Assembly (NCBI GenBank): GCA_964346995.1
Contig: CAYFXT010000001.1
Location: forward strand, 1-42,718
Length of the DNA: 42,718 nucleotides
Direction: 5' to 3'
Source: an uncultured Spirochaetaceae bacterium
GTDB lineage: Bacteria; Spirochaetota; Spirochaetia; SZUA-6; Bin103
Below, piece after piece: positions 16,946-24,600 of the stretch. The position numbers and the translations under genes are program-made. The notes below the pieces were generated by a model. It made no database searches. It worked only from the letters and a program-made list of their open reading frames with translations, and was not told where the DNA came from. The first letter of the stretch is position 1; each line of letters begins with the position of its first letter.

Positions 16946-18102
16946 CGGGCGACCGCTCGCAGCCGCGGCAGGATACCCGCGAGGCCGTCGAGCAGGAGGG
17001 CGACGTCGGTCTCGGTCGTGGTCCACCCGATCGACACCCGGAACGCGCCGCCGGCGACCTCGACGGGGACGCCCATGGCATCCAGGGCCGGCGAAATCCT
17101 GTGCTTGCCGGAGGAGCACGCCGCGCCGCGCGACACGTAGATGTCCCGGTCGCTGAGCATCCGTACCAGCACCTCCGCGGGAACGCCGGGCGCCGCCAGA
17201 CAGGTGATGTAGGGGGAGAAATGCTCGGCGTGGTCGAGGCGCTGGCGGGGGATTACCCGGAGGTCGAGCCGCCGGGCGCCGGCGGCGAGCTGGTGCTGAA
17301 GCTGCGTCGCGTGGCGCAGATGTTCACCCGCGGCCGGCGTCAGGGCGGCGGCGCAGCGTGCGAAGGCGCGCATGCCGGCGACGTTCTCGGTGCCGGGCCG
17401 CCGCCCGTGCTGCTGACCGCCGCCGCGCGGGAGCGGCGCGGCCGGCGCGGCGGCGCGCAGCCACAGCGCGCCGACGCCCACCGGGCCGCCCAGTTTGTGG
17501 GCGCTCGCCGCGGCGCTGTCGGCCGCGGTGATCGGTACGTCGAGGCCACGGCCCAGTGCCTGCACGGCGTCGGTATGGAAGTGTATGCGGCGACCGATGC
17601 GGTGGGCGTGTGCCTGCACGATCGCCGCCGCCGCACCGAGCGGCTGTATGGCACCGGTCTCGTTGTGTACCGCGATGATCGCCACCATACGGGTCTGTTC
17701 GTCCAGGCAGTCGGCGAGGTGGTCCAGGTCGATGCGCCCGTCGGCGCCGACCCGCACCGTCCTGGTGGGGAAACCCATGCGACCCAGTTGCCGGACCGGC
17801 TCGGCTACCGCCGGGTGCTCGACCGCCGACTGCACGATGCCGCGCCGGAACGCCGCACGGCTGTCGCGCAGGTACGCCAACGGCGAATAGAGGATCAGAT
17901 GGTCCGCTTCGGTGGCGCCGCTGGTGCCCACGATTTCCTCCGCCGAGCGGCCGAACGCCTCCCCGATGCCGGCCAACGCGGCGTCCAGGGCGCGGCGCTG
18001 ACGCTGACCGCAGGCGTGCGCCGAGGACGGATTGCCGAGTTGGAAGTCGGCAGCGCACGGTGGCTGCGGCGGGGCGGTGGCGGCCCAGTCCAGATAGGTC
18101 AC
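16942..18102 (-). CDS. Cysteine desulfurase (class V aminotransferase, NifS/IscS-like)
   Basis: Contains YLDWAATAPP...GNPSSAH, the PLP-lysine block SAHKLGGPVGVGALW, and the C-terminal catalytic Cys loop GAACSSG. GTG 18102 overlaps the upstream TGA (18099-18101) as GTGA; the alternative GTG is at 18144. Confidence 0.88.
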   Translation of the reverse strand: MTYLDWAATAPPQPPCAADFQLGNPSSAHACGQRQRRALDAALAGIGEAFGRSAEEIVGTSGATEADHLILYSPLAYLRDSRAAFRRGIVQSAVEHPAVAEPVRQLGRMGFPTRTVRVGADGRIDLDHLADCLDEQTRMVAIIAVHNETGAIQPLGAAAAIVQAHAHRIGRRIHFHTDAVQALGRGLDVPITAADSAAASAHKLGGPVGVGALWLRAAAPAAPLPRGGGQQHGRRPGTENVAGMRAFARCAAALTPAAGEHLRHATQLQHQLAAGARRLDLRVIPRQRLDHAEHFSPYITCLAAPGVPAEVLVRMLSDRDIYVSRGAACSSGKHRISPALDAMGVPVEVAGGAFRVSIGWTTTETDVALLLDGLAGILPRLRAVAR

Positions 18103-19640
18103 GAGCCGCTGACGCGATCGTAGATCTTGAATACCAGATCCCACACCACGACGGTGAATCCGGCGACGATGGCCAGTTCACCGAGCACATGTCTGGTGCT
18201 GGCCCAGGCGCTCCTGTCGGCGAGGATGGTGGAGCCCGGCGCCGGTTGGGTGAACAGCGTGCCGCGGCTGCGCCGCTGGGCAGCATCGATCACCGTGAAG
18301 CTGGCGCTGCCATCCTCGGTGAGACCGCCGGCCGCGCGCAGGTAGTCGCCGATGGTCAGCGCCGGCTGGTAGGGCACGGCGGCCGGCACGTTCACTTCGC
18401 CGGCGACGTAGACGTTCAGGTCTCGCATCGGTACGTGAAACTGGTCGCCCGGTTCGAGGAACAGGTCGAAGGCGGGGTCGCGGGTCTCCCAGAGCAAGCC
18501 TACGTCCACCGGTTCGCGGCTGCCGGATGCGGCGCGCAGGACGCTGCCCTGCTCGGCGATCGCCAGCGGCGTCGGGCCGCCCATCCGTTCCAGCACCTGC
18601 AGCACCGTGAGCCCGGCCGCATACGGCAGCAGCACGACCACCTGCTCGGTGGGTACGGCGCGTGGCTGGTCGCCGCCGACGGAACCGAACAGCGCGCCCT
18701 GCACCAGCACCATGCGCTCCGGCCGCATCGCCGGTGCAGCCTGGACGCGATCCCCGTCGCGCAGAGGAAAGGTGCTCCACTGCGCGGCACTCAATTCCAG
18801 CACCCGGGTAACCGGGCCGCCGCGCAGCACCGACAGCCGGCTGTCGCGTTCGTCGCCGCGAATGCCGCCGGCGAAACGGATCAGATCGTCGATGCCCTCG
18901 CCGGCGAGCAGGTCGAATACGCCAGGGAACGCCACCATGCCGTCGATCGCCACCAGGCGCTCGGCACGCGGTACGCGGACCCGGTCGCCCGGTGTCAAGG
19001 TCGGGTTGGCGTCCAGCTCGCCGTGGGTGGAGAAGCGGGTCAGATCGATCGCACGGGTAATGTCGTCATGGGTCAGCTCGACGCGGCGCAGGCTGCTGCC
19101 CACCTGCGGACCTCCGGCCACGGTGATCAGATCGGACACCCGCGACAGCGGCGTAACCGTATAGATGCCGGGGTTGCCCACCCCGCCGTAAACGAACACG
19201 TCGAACAGCGCCGGCTGCTTCAGCACGAAGCTCACGAAGCGCGCCGGAACCTGCTCCTTGATGCGCCGTACGATCTCGCGCCGCGCGTCCCTGAACATGC
19301 GCTCGCGGACGTCCACGGCGCCGACGTAGGGAATGTCCAGTTGATAGTCGTCCTGCAGCACCAGCGGAAACGTGTTCACCCGATCGGAACCAAGCTGAAT
19401 CTGCAACTCGTAGGTGTCGCCGGCGGTCATGCGATAGCTGGTGGCGCTGAGGATACGTTGGCGCAGCGTGGCCGCATCGCCGGTGATGGGGCCGAGCGGC
19501 ACCTGCTGCCGAAACTCCTCGGCTGCGAAGTTGCCAGTAGTGGTTTGCGCTGCAAGGGTGGCGGCTGTCGCCAGCATGGTGAACGCGGCCAGCGCCGGTC
19601 GCCAACACCGGCCGGTAGCCGCAGCGAGTCGCCGAGCCAT
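18099..19640 (-). CDS. Polysaccharide export protein (Wza-like; Poly_export plus repeated SLBB domains)
   Basis: It has a signal peptide from ATG 19640 (MARRLAAATGRCWRPALAAFTMLATAATLAAQ). Repeated SLBB-type blocks are present (GGVGNPGIYTV...RVSDLITVAGG; GDRVRVP; GEVNVPAAVPY...TIGDYLRAAGG), and there is a C-terminal TM. Confidence 0.72.
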   Translation of the reverse strand: MARRLAAATGRCWRPALAAFTMLATAATLAAQTTTGNFAAEEFRQQVPLGPITGDAATLRQRILSATSYRMTAGDTYELQIQLGSDRVNTFPLVLQDDYQLDIPYVGAVDVRERMFRDARREIVRRIKEQVPARFVSFVLKQPALFDVFVYGGVGNPGIYTVTPLSRVSDLITVAGGPQVGSSLRRVELTHDDITRAIDLTRFSTHGELDANPTLTPGDRVRVPRAERLVAIDGMVAFPGVFDLLAGEGIDDLIRFAGGIRGDERDSRLSVLRGGPVTRVLELSAAQWSTFPLRDGDRVQAAPAMRPERMVLVQGALFGSVGGDQPRAVPTEQVVVLLPYAAGLTVLQVLERMGGPTPLAIAEQGSVLRAASGSREPVDVGLLWETRDPAFDLFLEPGDQFHVPMRDLNVYVAGEVNVPAAVPYQPALTIGDYLRAAGGLTEDGSASFTVIDAAQRRSRGTLFTQPAPGSTILADRSAWASTRHVLGELAIVAGFTVVVWDLVFKIYDRVSGS

Positions 19641-19855
19641 GTAGCGTGATCCTACCTGCGACTGCCCTCGCCTGGCAACGCGGATCACGGTGCGCGTGCC
19701 CCTGCCGACTGCTGCACGGCGTGGTCGCGAGCCCTGGCGGGCGAGAGCAACCACTGCCAACGGGGTGCCGGCGGCGCACGCCACTCGGTGTCTTCGGATT
19801 ACGGGACTCCATCCGTCCGTTGCCGGTATCGGGTGGGAGCGCTACACTGGTGGGC

Positions 19856-20272
19856 ATGTGGCTGTTTCCGGGGATGGGATTCGTGATCGCCATACTGCCG
19901 TTCCTGTTCATCCTCCTCGCCCTGAACCTGGGCCGCACCGCGCTCCGCGAGACGCGCTGGCGCGATCCGGGCCGGCCGTGGCAGCAGTTGCGGGCACGGG
20001 ATGGAGCCGAATCAGCGCATCGCGGCGCGCGCGACGGTCGCCGACAGAACCGCGTGTTTCGGCTGGCGTACCGGCTGGGCGGCCGGCTCACCGTTTCCGA
20101 TCTGGTGGTGGATCTCGACTTCACCGTCGACGAGGCGGAGCAGTTTCTGGGTCAGCTCGTCGACAGTACGCGCGTGACCATGGAGGTGCGCGCCGACGGT
20201 CTGGTCTACTACGAATTTCCCGAGATCATCGCGCGGCTGCGCCGCGACGACGACCTGCCGGCGCGCGGCTGA
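19856..20272 (+). CDS. Hypothetical membrane-anchored protein (138 aa)
   Basis: ATG 19856 gives one N-terminal TM (MWLFPGMGFVIAILPFLFILLALNL), a basic linker and a small C-terminal soluble domain. The upstream 70 codons in the track ORF look non-coding. Confidence 0.5.
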   Translation: MWLFPGMGFVIAILPFLFILLALNLGRTALRETRWRDPGRPWQQLRARDGAESAHRGARDGRRQNRVFRLAYRLGGRLTVSDLVVDLDFTVDEAEQFLGQLVDSTRVTMEVRADGLVYYEFPEIIARLRRDDDLPARG

Positions 20273-20282
20273 GCGACCCACC

Positions 20283-21266
20283 GTGGAGGCGAACTCACAT
20301 CCCGAAGCGGCCCGGCAGATGGCAGCGGCATGCTGCGATCTGTTGGAGAGCCTGGAGCCGGAGCAACGTTCCCACGCCCTCTTTCCCTATCTGGACGGCG
20401 AGCGTCTGTTCTGGTACTACCCGCCGCTGAACCGCCACGGCCTGCCGCTGCTGGCGATGAGTGACGAACAGCAGCGGCTCGCGAAGCGCGTTCTGGAGGC
20501 GGCGCTGTCGGAGCGGGGCTACGAGCAGGCGTGCGCGATCATCGATCACGAGCGGATCCTCGGTGAGCAGGAGCGTGCCGCGGGGCAACTGCACTGGGCG
20601 CGCGACCCGGGACGCTACTACTTCACCGTGTTCGGCGATCCGCGCGGCAGTGACCCGTGGGGCTGGCGAGCGGAGGGACACCACTTGTCGCTGCACTTCA
20701 GCGTATGGGGCGGACGGGTGATCTCCACCACGCCGTTCTTCTTCGGCGCCAACCCGGCCGAGGTGCTGCACGGACCGAACCGGGGCTTGCGCATCCTCGC
20801 GCGCCGCGAGGATCTGGCGTTCGAGCTCATGGAAAGCCTGGATCAGGCGCAGCGCGCACGGGCGATCATCTACGAGAAGGCTCCGTACGACATCCTCACC
20901 TACAACAGCACGCGCGCGGTGCTGCCGCGCGAGGAGGGGTTGCCGGCAGGCTGCCTCGATGCGACCGGGCAGGCGTTGCTCACCGCGTTGGTGGCGACCT
21001 ACGTGGGGCAGGTACGCACCGACGTCGCGCGTCACAAGCTGGAGCATCTGCACCGCGACGGCGTCGGCCACCTGCGGCTGGCGTGGGCCGGTCCCATAGC
21101 TCGCCGCGAGGGCCACTACTACCGCATCCACGGCGGCAACTTCCTGGTCGAGTTCGACAACTGCCAGAACGAGGCCAACCACGTGCACTCGGTGTGGCGC
21201 GACGTGGAGAACGACTTCGCCCAGGACGTGCTGCGCGACCACCTGCTGCTCTACCATACCCACTGA
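20283..21266 (+). CDS. DUF3500 domain-containing protein
   Basis: Family-typical blocks are present: WYYPPLNRHGL, WGWRAEGHHLSLHF, FFGANPA, NHVHSVWRD..NDFA.D.L..H. The start is GTG 20283, with ATG 20319 as an alternative. No signal peptide is evident. Confidence 0.75.
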   Translation: MEANSHPEAARQMAAACCDLLESLEPEQRSHALFPYLDGERLFWYYPPLNRHGLPLLAMSDEQQRLAKRVLEAALSERGYEQACAIIDHERILGEQERAAGQLHWARDPGRYYFTVFGDPRGSDPWGWRAEGHHLSLHFSVWGGRVISTTPFFFGANPAEVLHGPNRGLRILARREDLAFELMESLDQAQRARAIIYEKAPYDILTYNSTRAVLPREEGLPAGCLDATGQALLTALVATYVGQVRTDVARHKLEHLHRDGVGHLRLAWAGPIARREGHYYRIHGGNFLVEFDNCQNEANHVHSVWRDVENDFAQDVLRDHLLLYHTH

Positions 21267-21279
21267 CGGCGGTCGCGCA

Positions 21280-21298
21280 GGCCGTCCTGCCGACGGCC
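21280..21298. terminator. GC hairpin between convergent genes (DUF3500 / Rieske); candidate bidirectional terminator
   Basis: GGCCGTC-ctgcc-GACGGCC is a 7-bp stem with a 5-nt loop. It is centred in the 50-nt gap between stop codons 21264-21266 and 21317-21319. No U-tract is present. Confidence 0.25.
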
Positions 21299-21316
21299 GC
21301 GGGGAGCGTGCCGCCG

Positions 21317-22381
21317 TTACCGCGACTGGCTGCGCAGCGCGTAGCGCCGCTCGGCGTAGGCGGCGTCTTCGACCCACAGGCGGCGTGCCGATGCCTGCAT
21401 GCGGCGTCGCACCAGTCCGGCGGCACGCATCGCCAAGCGAAATCCGAACCGCTCGGAGGTGGCCACCGTGGCTTCGACGATGGCGCAGATCCCGGGCCGC
21501 ACCGGGGTGGCGTGCGTCTCCACCACCGACCCGGCACCCTCGCCGTCGATGATGGTCATGACGATCGTGCGCGGGTCGGGGCAGTGAAAGCGAGCGTCCA
21601 CCTCCACCCCCATGCTCCGGGTGGCGCGATACAGCACCCGCACGGTGATGCTGTCGTCGCGTTGCTCCAGGACTGCGAGGCTGCCGAACGAGTGCGGATG
21701 GAAGTGCACGCCGTGCCACGGATCGAAGCGGTTGGCGATGATGTCCTGCGGCTCGCAACGCGCCTCCATGCGGATCACGGCGTCGATGCCGCTGCTCGGG
21801 CGGGCGCACAGGTATGGGCGAGGCGACGCCGCCTGCTCGCCGTCGAGACGCACCCAGAACAGTACGCCGTCGTCGTGGCTCGGCAGGGGCCGCCAGCCGG
21901 CGTGCCCCTGCGGCCCCAGTACCAGACCGTGCCAGGGGCACACCACACAGCCGTCGCGCACGCGGCCGTCGGCCAGCGACGCCCCCAGGTGCGGGCACGC
22001 ATTGGGGGCCACCAGTGGTCCGTCCGCGCCGCGCCACGCGACCAGTTCGCGGCCCGCGATCCAGTAGCGGCGTGGCGTATCACCGACGGCGCGCGAGGCG
22101 TCGATCGCATACCAGCCGCCGGAGGGCAGCAGGGCGGCGCGGCGTACCGCCTGCCTGATCCAGCGCGGATCCGATTGCCGCCAGTCGGGCATGGCGCGCC
22201 GGTCGCCGGCGGGGAGCGGACCGGCCGGCGGGCGGCCGAAGCGCACGCCTCCGACGCGAGCGTGCCGGCCGGCGGGCGATGCCCGCGCGTCGTCGTCGTT
22301 CGCCTTTCGCGTCGTGGAGCGGCCGCGCCGATTCGTCCGCAAGTCACGTCCCGCCGGCGATGGGCGTGCATCGGGTTTCAT
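21317..22381 (-). CDS. Rieske [2Fe-2S] domain protein with a ~200-aa C-terminal domain; last gene of the carotenoid operon
   Basis: The Rieske motif is intact as CPH-x16-CPWH (CPHLGASLADGRVRDGCVVCPWHG). The C-terminal part carries His-rich blocks (NRFDPWHGVHFHPHSF). The start is ATG 22381 (31 nt after the upstream stop), with ATG 22192 as an alternative that removes an Arg/Pro-rich N-terminus. Confidence 0.8.
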   Translation of the reverse strand: MKPDARPSPAGRDLRTNRRGRSTTRKANDDDARASPAGRHARVGGVRFGRPPAGPLPAGDRRAMPDWRQSDPRWIRQAVRRAALLPSGGWYAIDASRAVGDTPRRYWIAGRELVAWRGADGPLVAPNACPHLGASLADGRVRDGCVVCPWHGLVLGPQGHAGWRPLPSHDDGVLFWVRLDGEQAASPRPYLCARPSSGIDAVIRMEARCEPQDIIANRFDPWHGVHFHPHSFGSLAVLEQRDDSITVRVLYRATRSMGVEVDARFHCPDPRTIVMTIIDGEGAGSVVETHATPVRPGICAIVEATVATSERFGFRLAMRAAGLVRRRMQASARRLWVEDAAYAERRYALRSQSR

Positions 22382-22412
22382 GGTCTTCGGCGTCGCGGAG
22401 CGGACGTGCCAC

Positions 22413-24581
22413 TCATGCGAAGATTCCGGGAAGCAAGCCGTGACTGCGCACCGAGGAGAGCGGCTCTGCCGGAAGGTTCCAGCGCTCGAGGATGGCGTTG
22501 GCTGCGGTGATGCCGCTCGCCGCGGCGCGCTCCATGAGCGCGGCCGGCTGCTCGAGGCGCACGAAGTCGCCCGCCAGATACACCCCGGGATGTGGCGTGA
22601 CCACGCCCGGCCGGCTGGCGTGCGATCCGGCCCCGAACGCCGGGCAGTCGCGGCGCAGCAGAAACGCTTCGTCGATCACCCGCGCAGCCTGAGTCTCTGG
22701 ATAGAGCCGGTGCAGGCCGGCGATCAGTGCCGCCCTGATTTCCGCGCCGGTGGCGTTCTCCGGCACCGCGTAGGCGTGCAATTCCACCACCGCACCGCCG
22801 TGGACATCGGCCCAGGCGCGGCTCTCGTCCTCGAACAGGTGGAACAGAGAAATGTTGTCCAGCAACGGCAAGCCGGCGGTGCCGGCGAACGGCACCCGGC
22901 CCGGATCGGTGGGGCGGTCCAGCCACAGCCGCCACACCGCGAACGGCAGGGTGGTCGCCAGGGAGCGAAGCGCCGTGGCCCATGCCCCGCGCGGGAGTGG
23001 CGTCTCCGGCAGCAGCCGCTGCAAGCCGGGTACGTCGAGGGCAAGCACCAGGGCGTCGGCGCCGATCGACGCCCGGCCGTGCTCGCGAGGAATCACCACC
23101 CAGCGGCCTGCTTCCCGCCTGATGCGGCTGATCGGGGTTCCGGTCGCGACCTGCACACCCAGGTTGGTCAGGTAGCGGCGCAGCGGTTGCCAGATGGCGG
23201 TCGAGAACGGCGCCCGCGCGACGTCGAAGATCAGTCCCTCGCGGCTCCCGGTGAAGTAGAAGTGGAACATCATGAGCAGCTCGGCCGCCGACATCTCCCG
23301 CTCCGGGTTGAAGAAGGAGTGCGCGAATACATCGAACAGCAGGCGCCGCGCGGCGGCCGGGAAGCGCAGCGAATCGAGGTAGTCGGCGGCCGAACGGCGG
23401 TCGTGGCGCCGGTAGGTGTGGTGGGCATCGAACGCCAGCATCGCCAGCGCCTGGCGCACGCCGACGCGCCGCAGCGCGTGCCGGGTCAGCTCCGGTGTAC
23501 GGCGGGTGAGCGCAACCACGTTCCACGGTGTCCGTTTCGGCAGACCGACCAGGGACTGACGGGCGCCGTCGGGACCCAGGATCGGGTAGTCCTCCAGCGG
23601 CACCAGGATGTCGAGGTCCGGCGAGATGCGCCGCAGCAGGTTGCGCAGGTTGTAGTACTGGCGAAAGAAGGCGTGGAAGCCGCGTGCCATCTGTACGGTC
23701 TCGCCAGTCGCGACGCGCAGCGGGAAGGCGCCGGCGCGGCCGCCGAGCGCGTTCTCCCGTTCCAGCAACACCGTTGCGACGCCGCGTTCGGCGAGTACCG
23801 TGGCCGCCGCCGTGCCGGCGATGCCGCCTCCCACCACCACCGCCGTACGCCGTACCGCGTCGCGGCCGTCGTAAGCGGGCGCCGTGGCCGCCGGCCGGCG
23901 CGCCAGGAAGGAGTGCACGATGCCGCGCTGCCATCCGCTCACCGGTAGCGTGCGCACCGCCGTGAAGCCGGCGCGATTGAGGCGCCGTTCGAAGGCCCTC
24001 CGGCTGTCGAACGCCAGTACGCTGTCCCTGAGGTAGGTGAACAGGCTGCCCTCACCGGCTGCGATGCGCGCCGCCGGACGCACGATCAGGTTGGTCACCG
24101 TACGCCACAGCAGGCGACTGGCGCGTGAGCCGGCAACGGAATATTCGTGGAAGCAGACCGGTGCGGCAGGGCACAGCAGGTCGCGTACGGCGGCCAGGCA
24201 GGCGTCGGCATCGACGACGTTGCGAATGCCGTAGGCCATCAGGACGCCGTCGAAGCGGCCTTCCACGCCGGCGCCGCGCGGGTCCATCGCGTCGCCGTGC
24301 ACGAATTGCACGTCCGCCAGCTCGGGACGGGCCCGCGCCGCCTGCAGCATGTCGGCGGCGGCGTCGAGGCCGACCAGCGTGGCCTGCGGGTAGGTGGCGC
24401 GCAGCGCCAGGGTCGACTGGCCGGTGCCGCAGCACAGGTCGAGGATGCGCGCGTCCGGCGCCAACTCCAGGCGGCGGGCGCTCAACCGTAGATGGCGGCG
24501 GTAGCCGGGGTTGAGCGCCACCAGGAGGTCGTACGCATGGGCTACCCGGTTGAAGCCGGCGGCCAGCTCATCCCCGATCAA
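22413..24581 (-). CDS. Fusion protein: N-terminal class I SAM-dependent methyltransferase plus C-terminal FAD-dependent Pds/Zds/CrtU-type carotenoid desaturase
   Basis: The MT domain shows ILDLCCGTGQS...VHGDAMDP...FDGVLMAYGIRNV. The oxidoreductase domain shows the dinucleotide fold VVVGGGIAGTAAATVLAERG..V.LLER...GGRAG, FHAFFRQYYNLRNLL (plant-type desaturase block) and the C-terminal VYLAGDF. The preferred start is TTG 24581 (GGAG 5 nt upstream, no overlap with crtB). In-frame alternatives are ATG 24647 and the track's 24701. Confidence 0.8.
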   Translation of the reverse strand: MIGDELAAGFNRVAHAYDLLVALNPGYRRHLRLSARRLELAPDARILDLCCGTGQSTLALRATYPQATLVGLDAAADMLQAARARPELADVQFVHGDAMDPRGAGVEGRFDGVLMAYGIRNVVDADACLAAVRDLLCPAAPVCFHEYSVAGSRASRLLWRTVTNLIVRPAARIAAGEGSLFTYLRDSVLAFDSRRAFERRLNRAGFTAVRTLPVSGWQRGIVHSFLARRPAATAPAYDGRDAVRRTAVVVGGGIAGTAAATVLAERGVATVLLERENALGGRAGAFPLRVATGETVQMARGFHAFFRQYYNLRNLLRRISPDLDILVPLEDYPILGPDGARQSLVGLPKRTPWNVVALTRRTPELTRHALRRVGVRQALAMLAFDAHHTYRRHDRRSAADYLDSLRFPAAARRLLFDVFAHSFFNPEREMSAAELLMMFHFYFTGSREGLIFDVARAPFSTAIWQPLRRYLTNLGVQVATGTPISRIRREAGRWVVIPREHGRASIGADALVLALDVPGLQRLLPETPLPRGAWATALRSLATTLPFAVWRLWLDRPTDPGRVPFAGTAGLPLLDNISLFHLFEDESRAWADVHGGAVVELHAYAVPENATGAEIRAALIAGLHRLYPETQAARVIDEAFLLRRDCPAFGAGSHASRPGVVTPHPGVYLAGDFVRLEQPAALMERAAASGITAANAILERWNLPAEPLSSVRSHGLLPGIFA

Positions 24582-24600
24582 TCCGACTCCGGCGTCCGGC

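Noticed and set aside
15698-17119. N-terminally extended versions of several track ORFs (thiI to 17119, hpt to 39033, HMGS to 31160, TPR to 7343, PfkB from 7111, exporter to 19784, methyltransferase from 39268)
   Set aside because: The extensions are Arg/Pro-rich, lack homology to the family N-termini and overlap neighbouring genes. In each case an internal start restores a canonical N-terminus and usually a 4-nt overlap or an SD.
20295-22510. 580-aa (minus) and 617-aa (plus) ORFs overlapping the DUF3500 and Rieske genes
   Set aside because: Both are alternative or antisense frames of genes with conserved motifs. Their translations are low-complexity and Arg/Gly/Pro-rich. No independent start or RBS support was found.
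22191-23948. 585-aa plus-strand and 518-aa minus-strand alternative-frame ORFs over the methyltransferase::desaturase gene
   Set aside because: Only the 22413-24701 frame yields the SAM-binding and FAD-binding motifs. The other frames give Arg/Gly/Pro junk typical of off-frame translation in GC-rich DNA.
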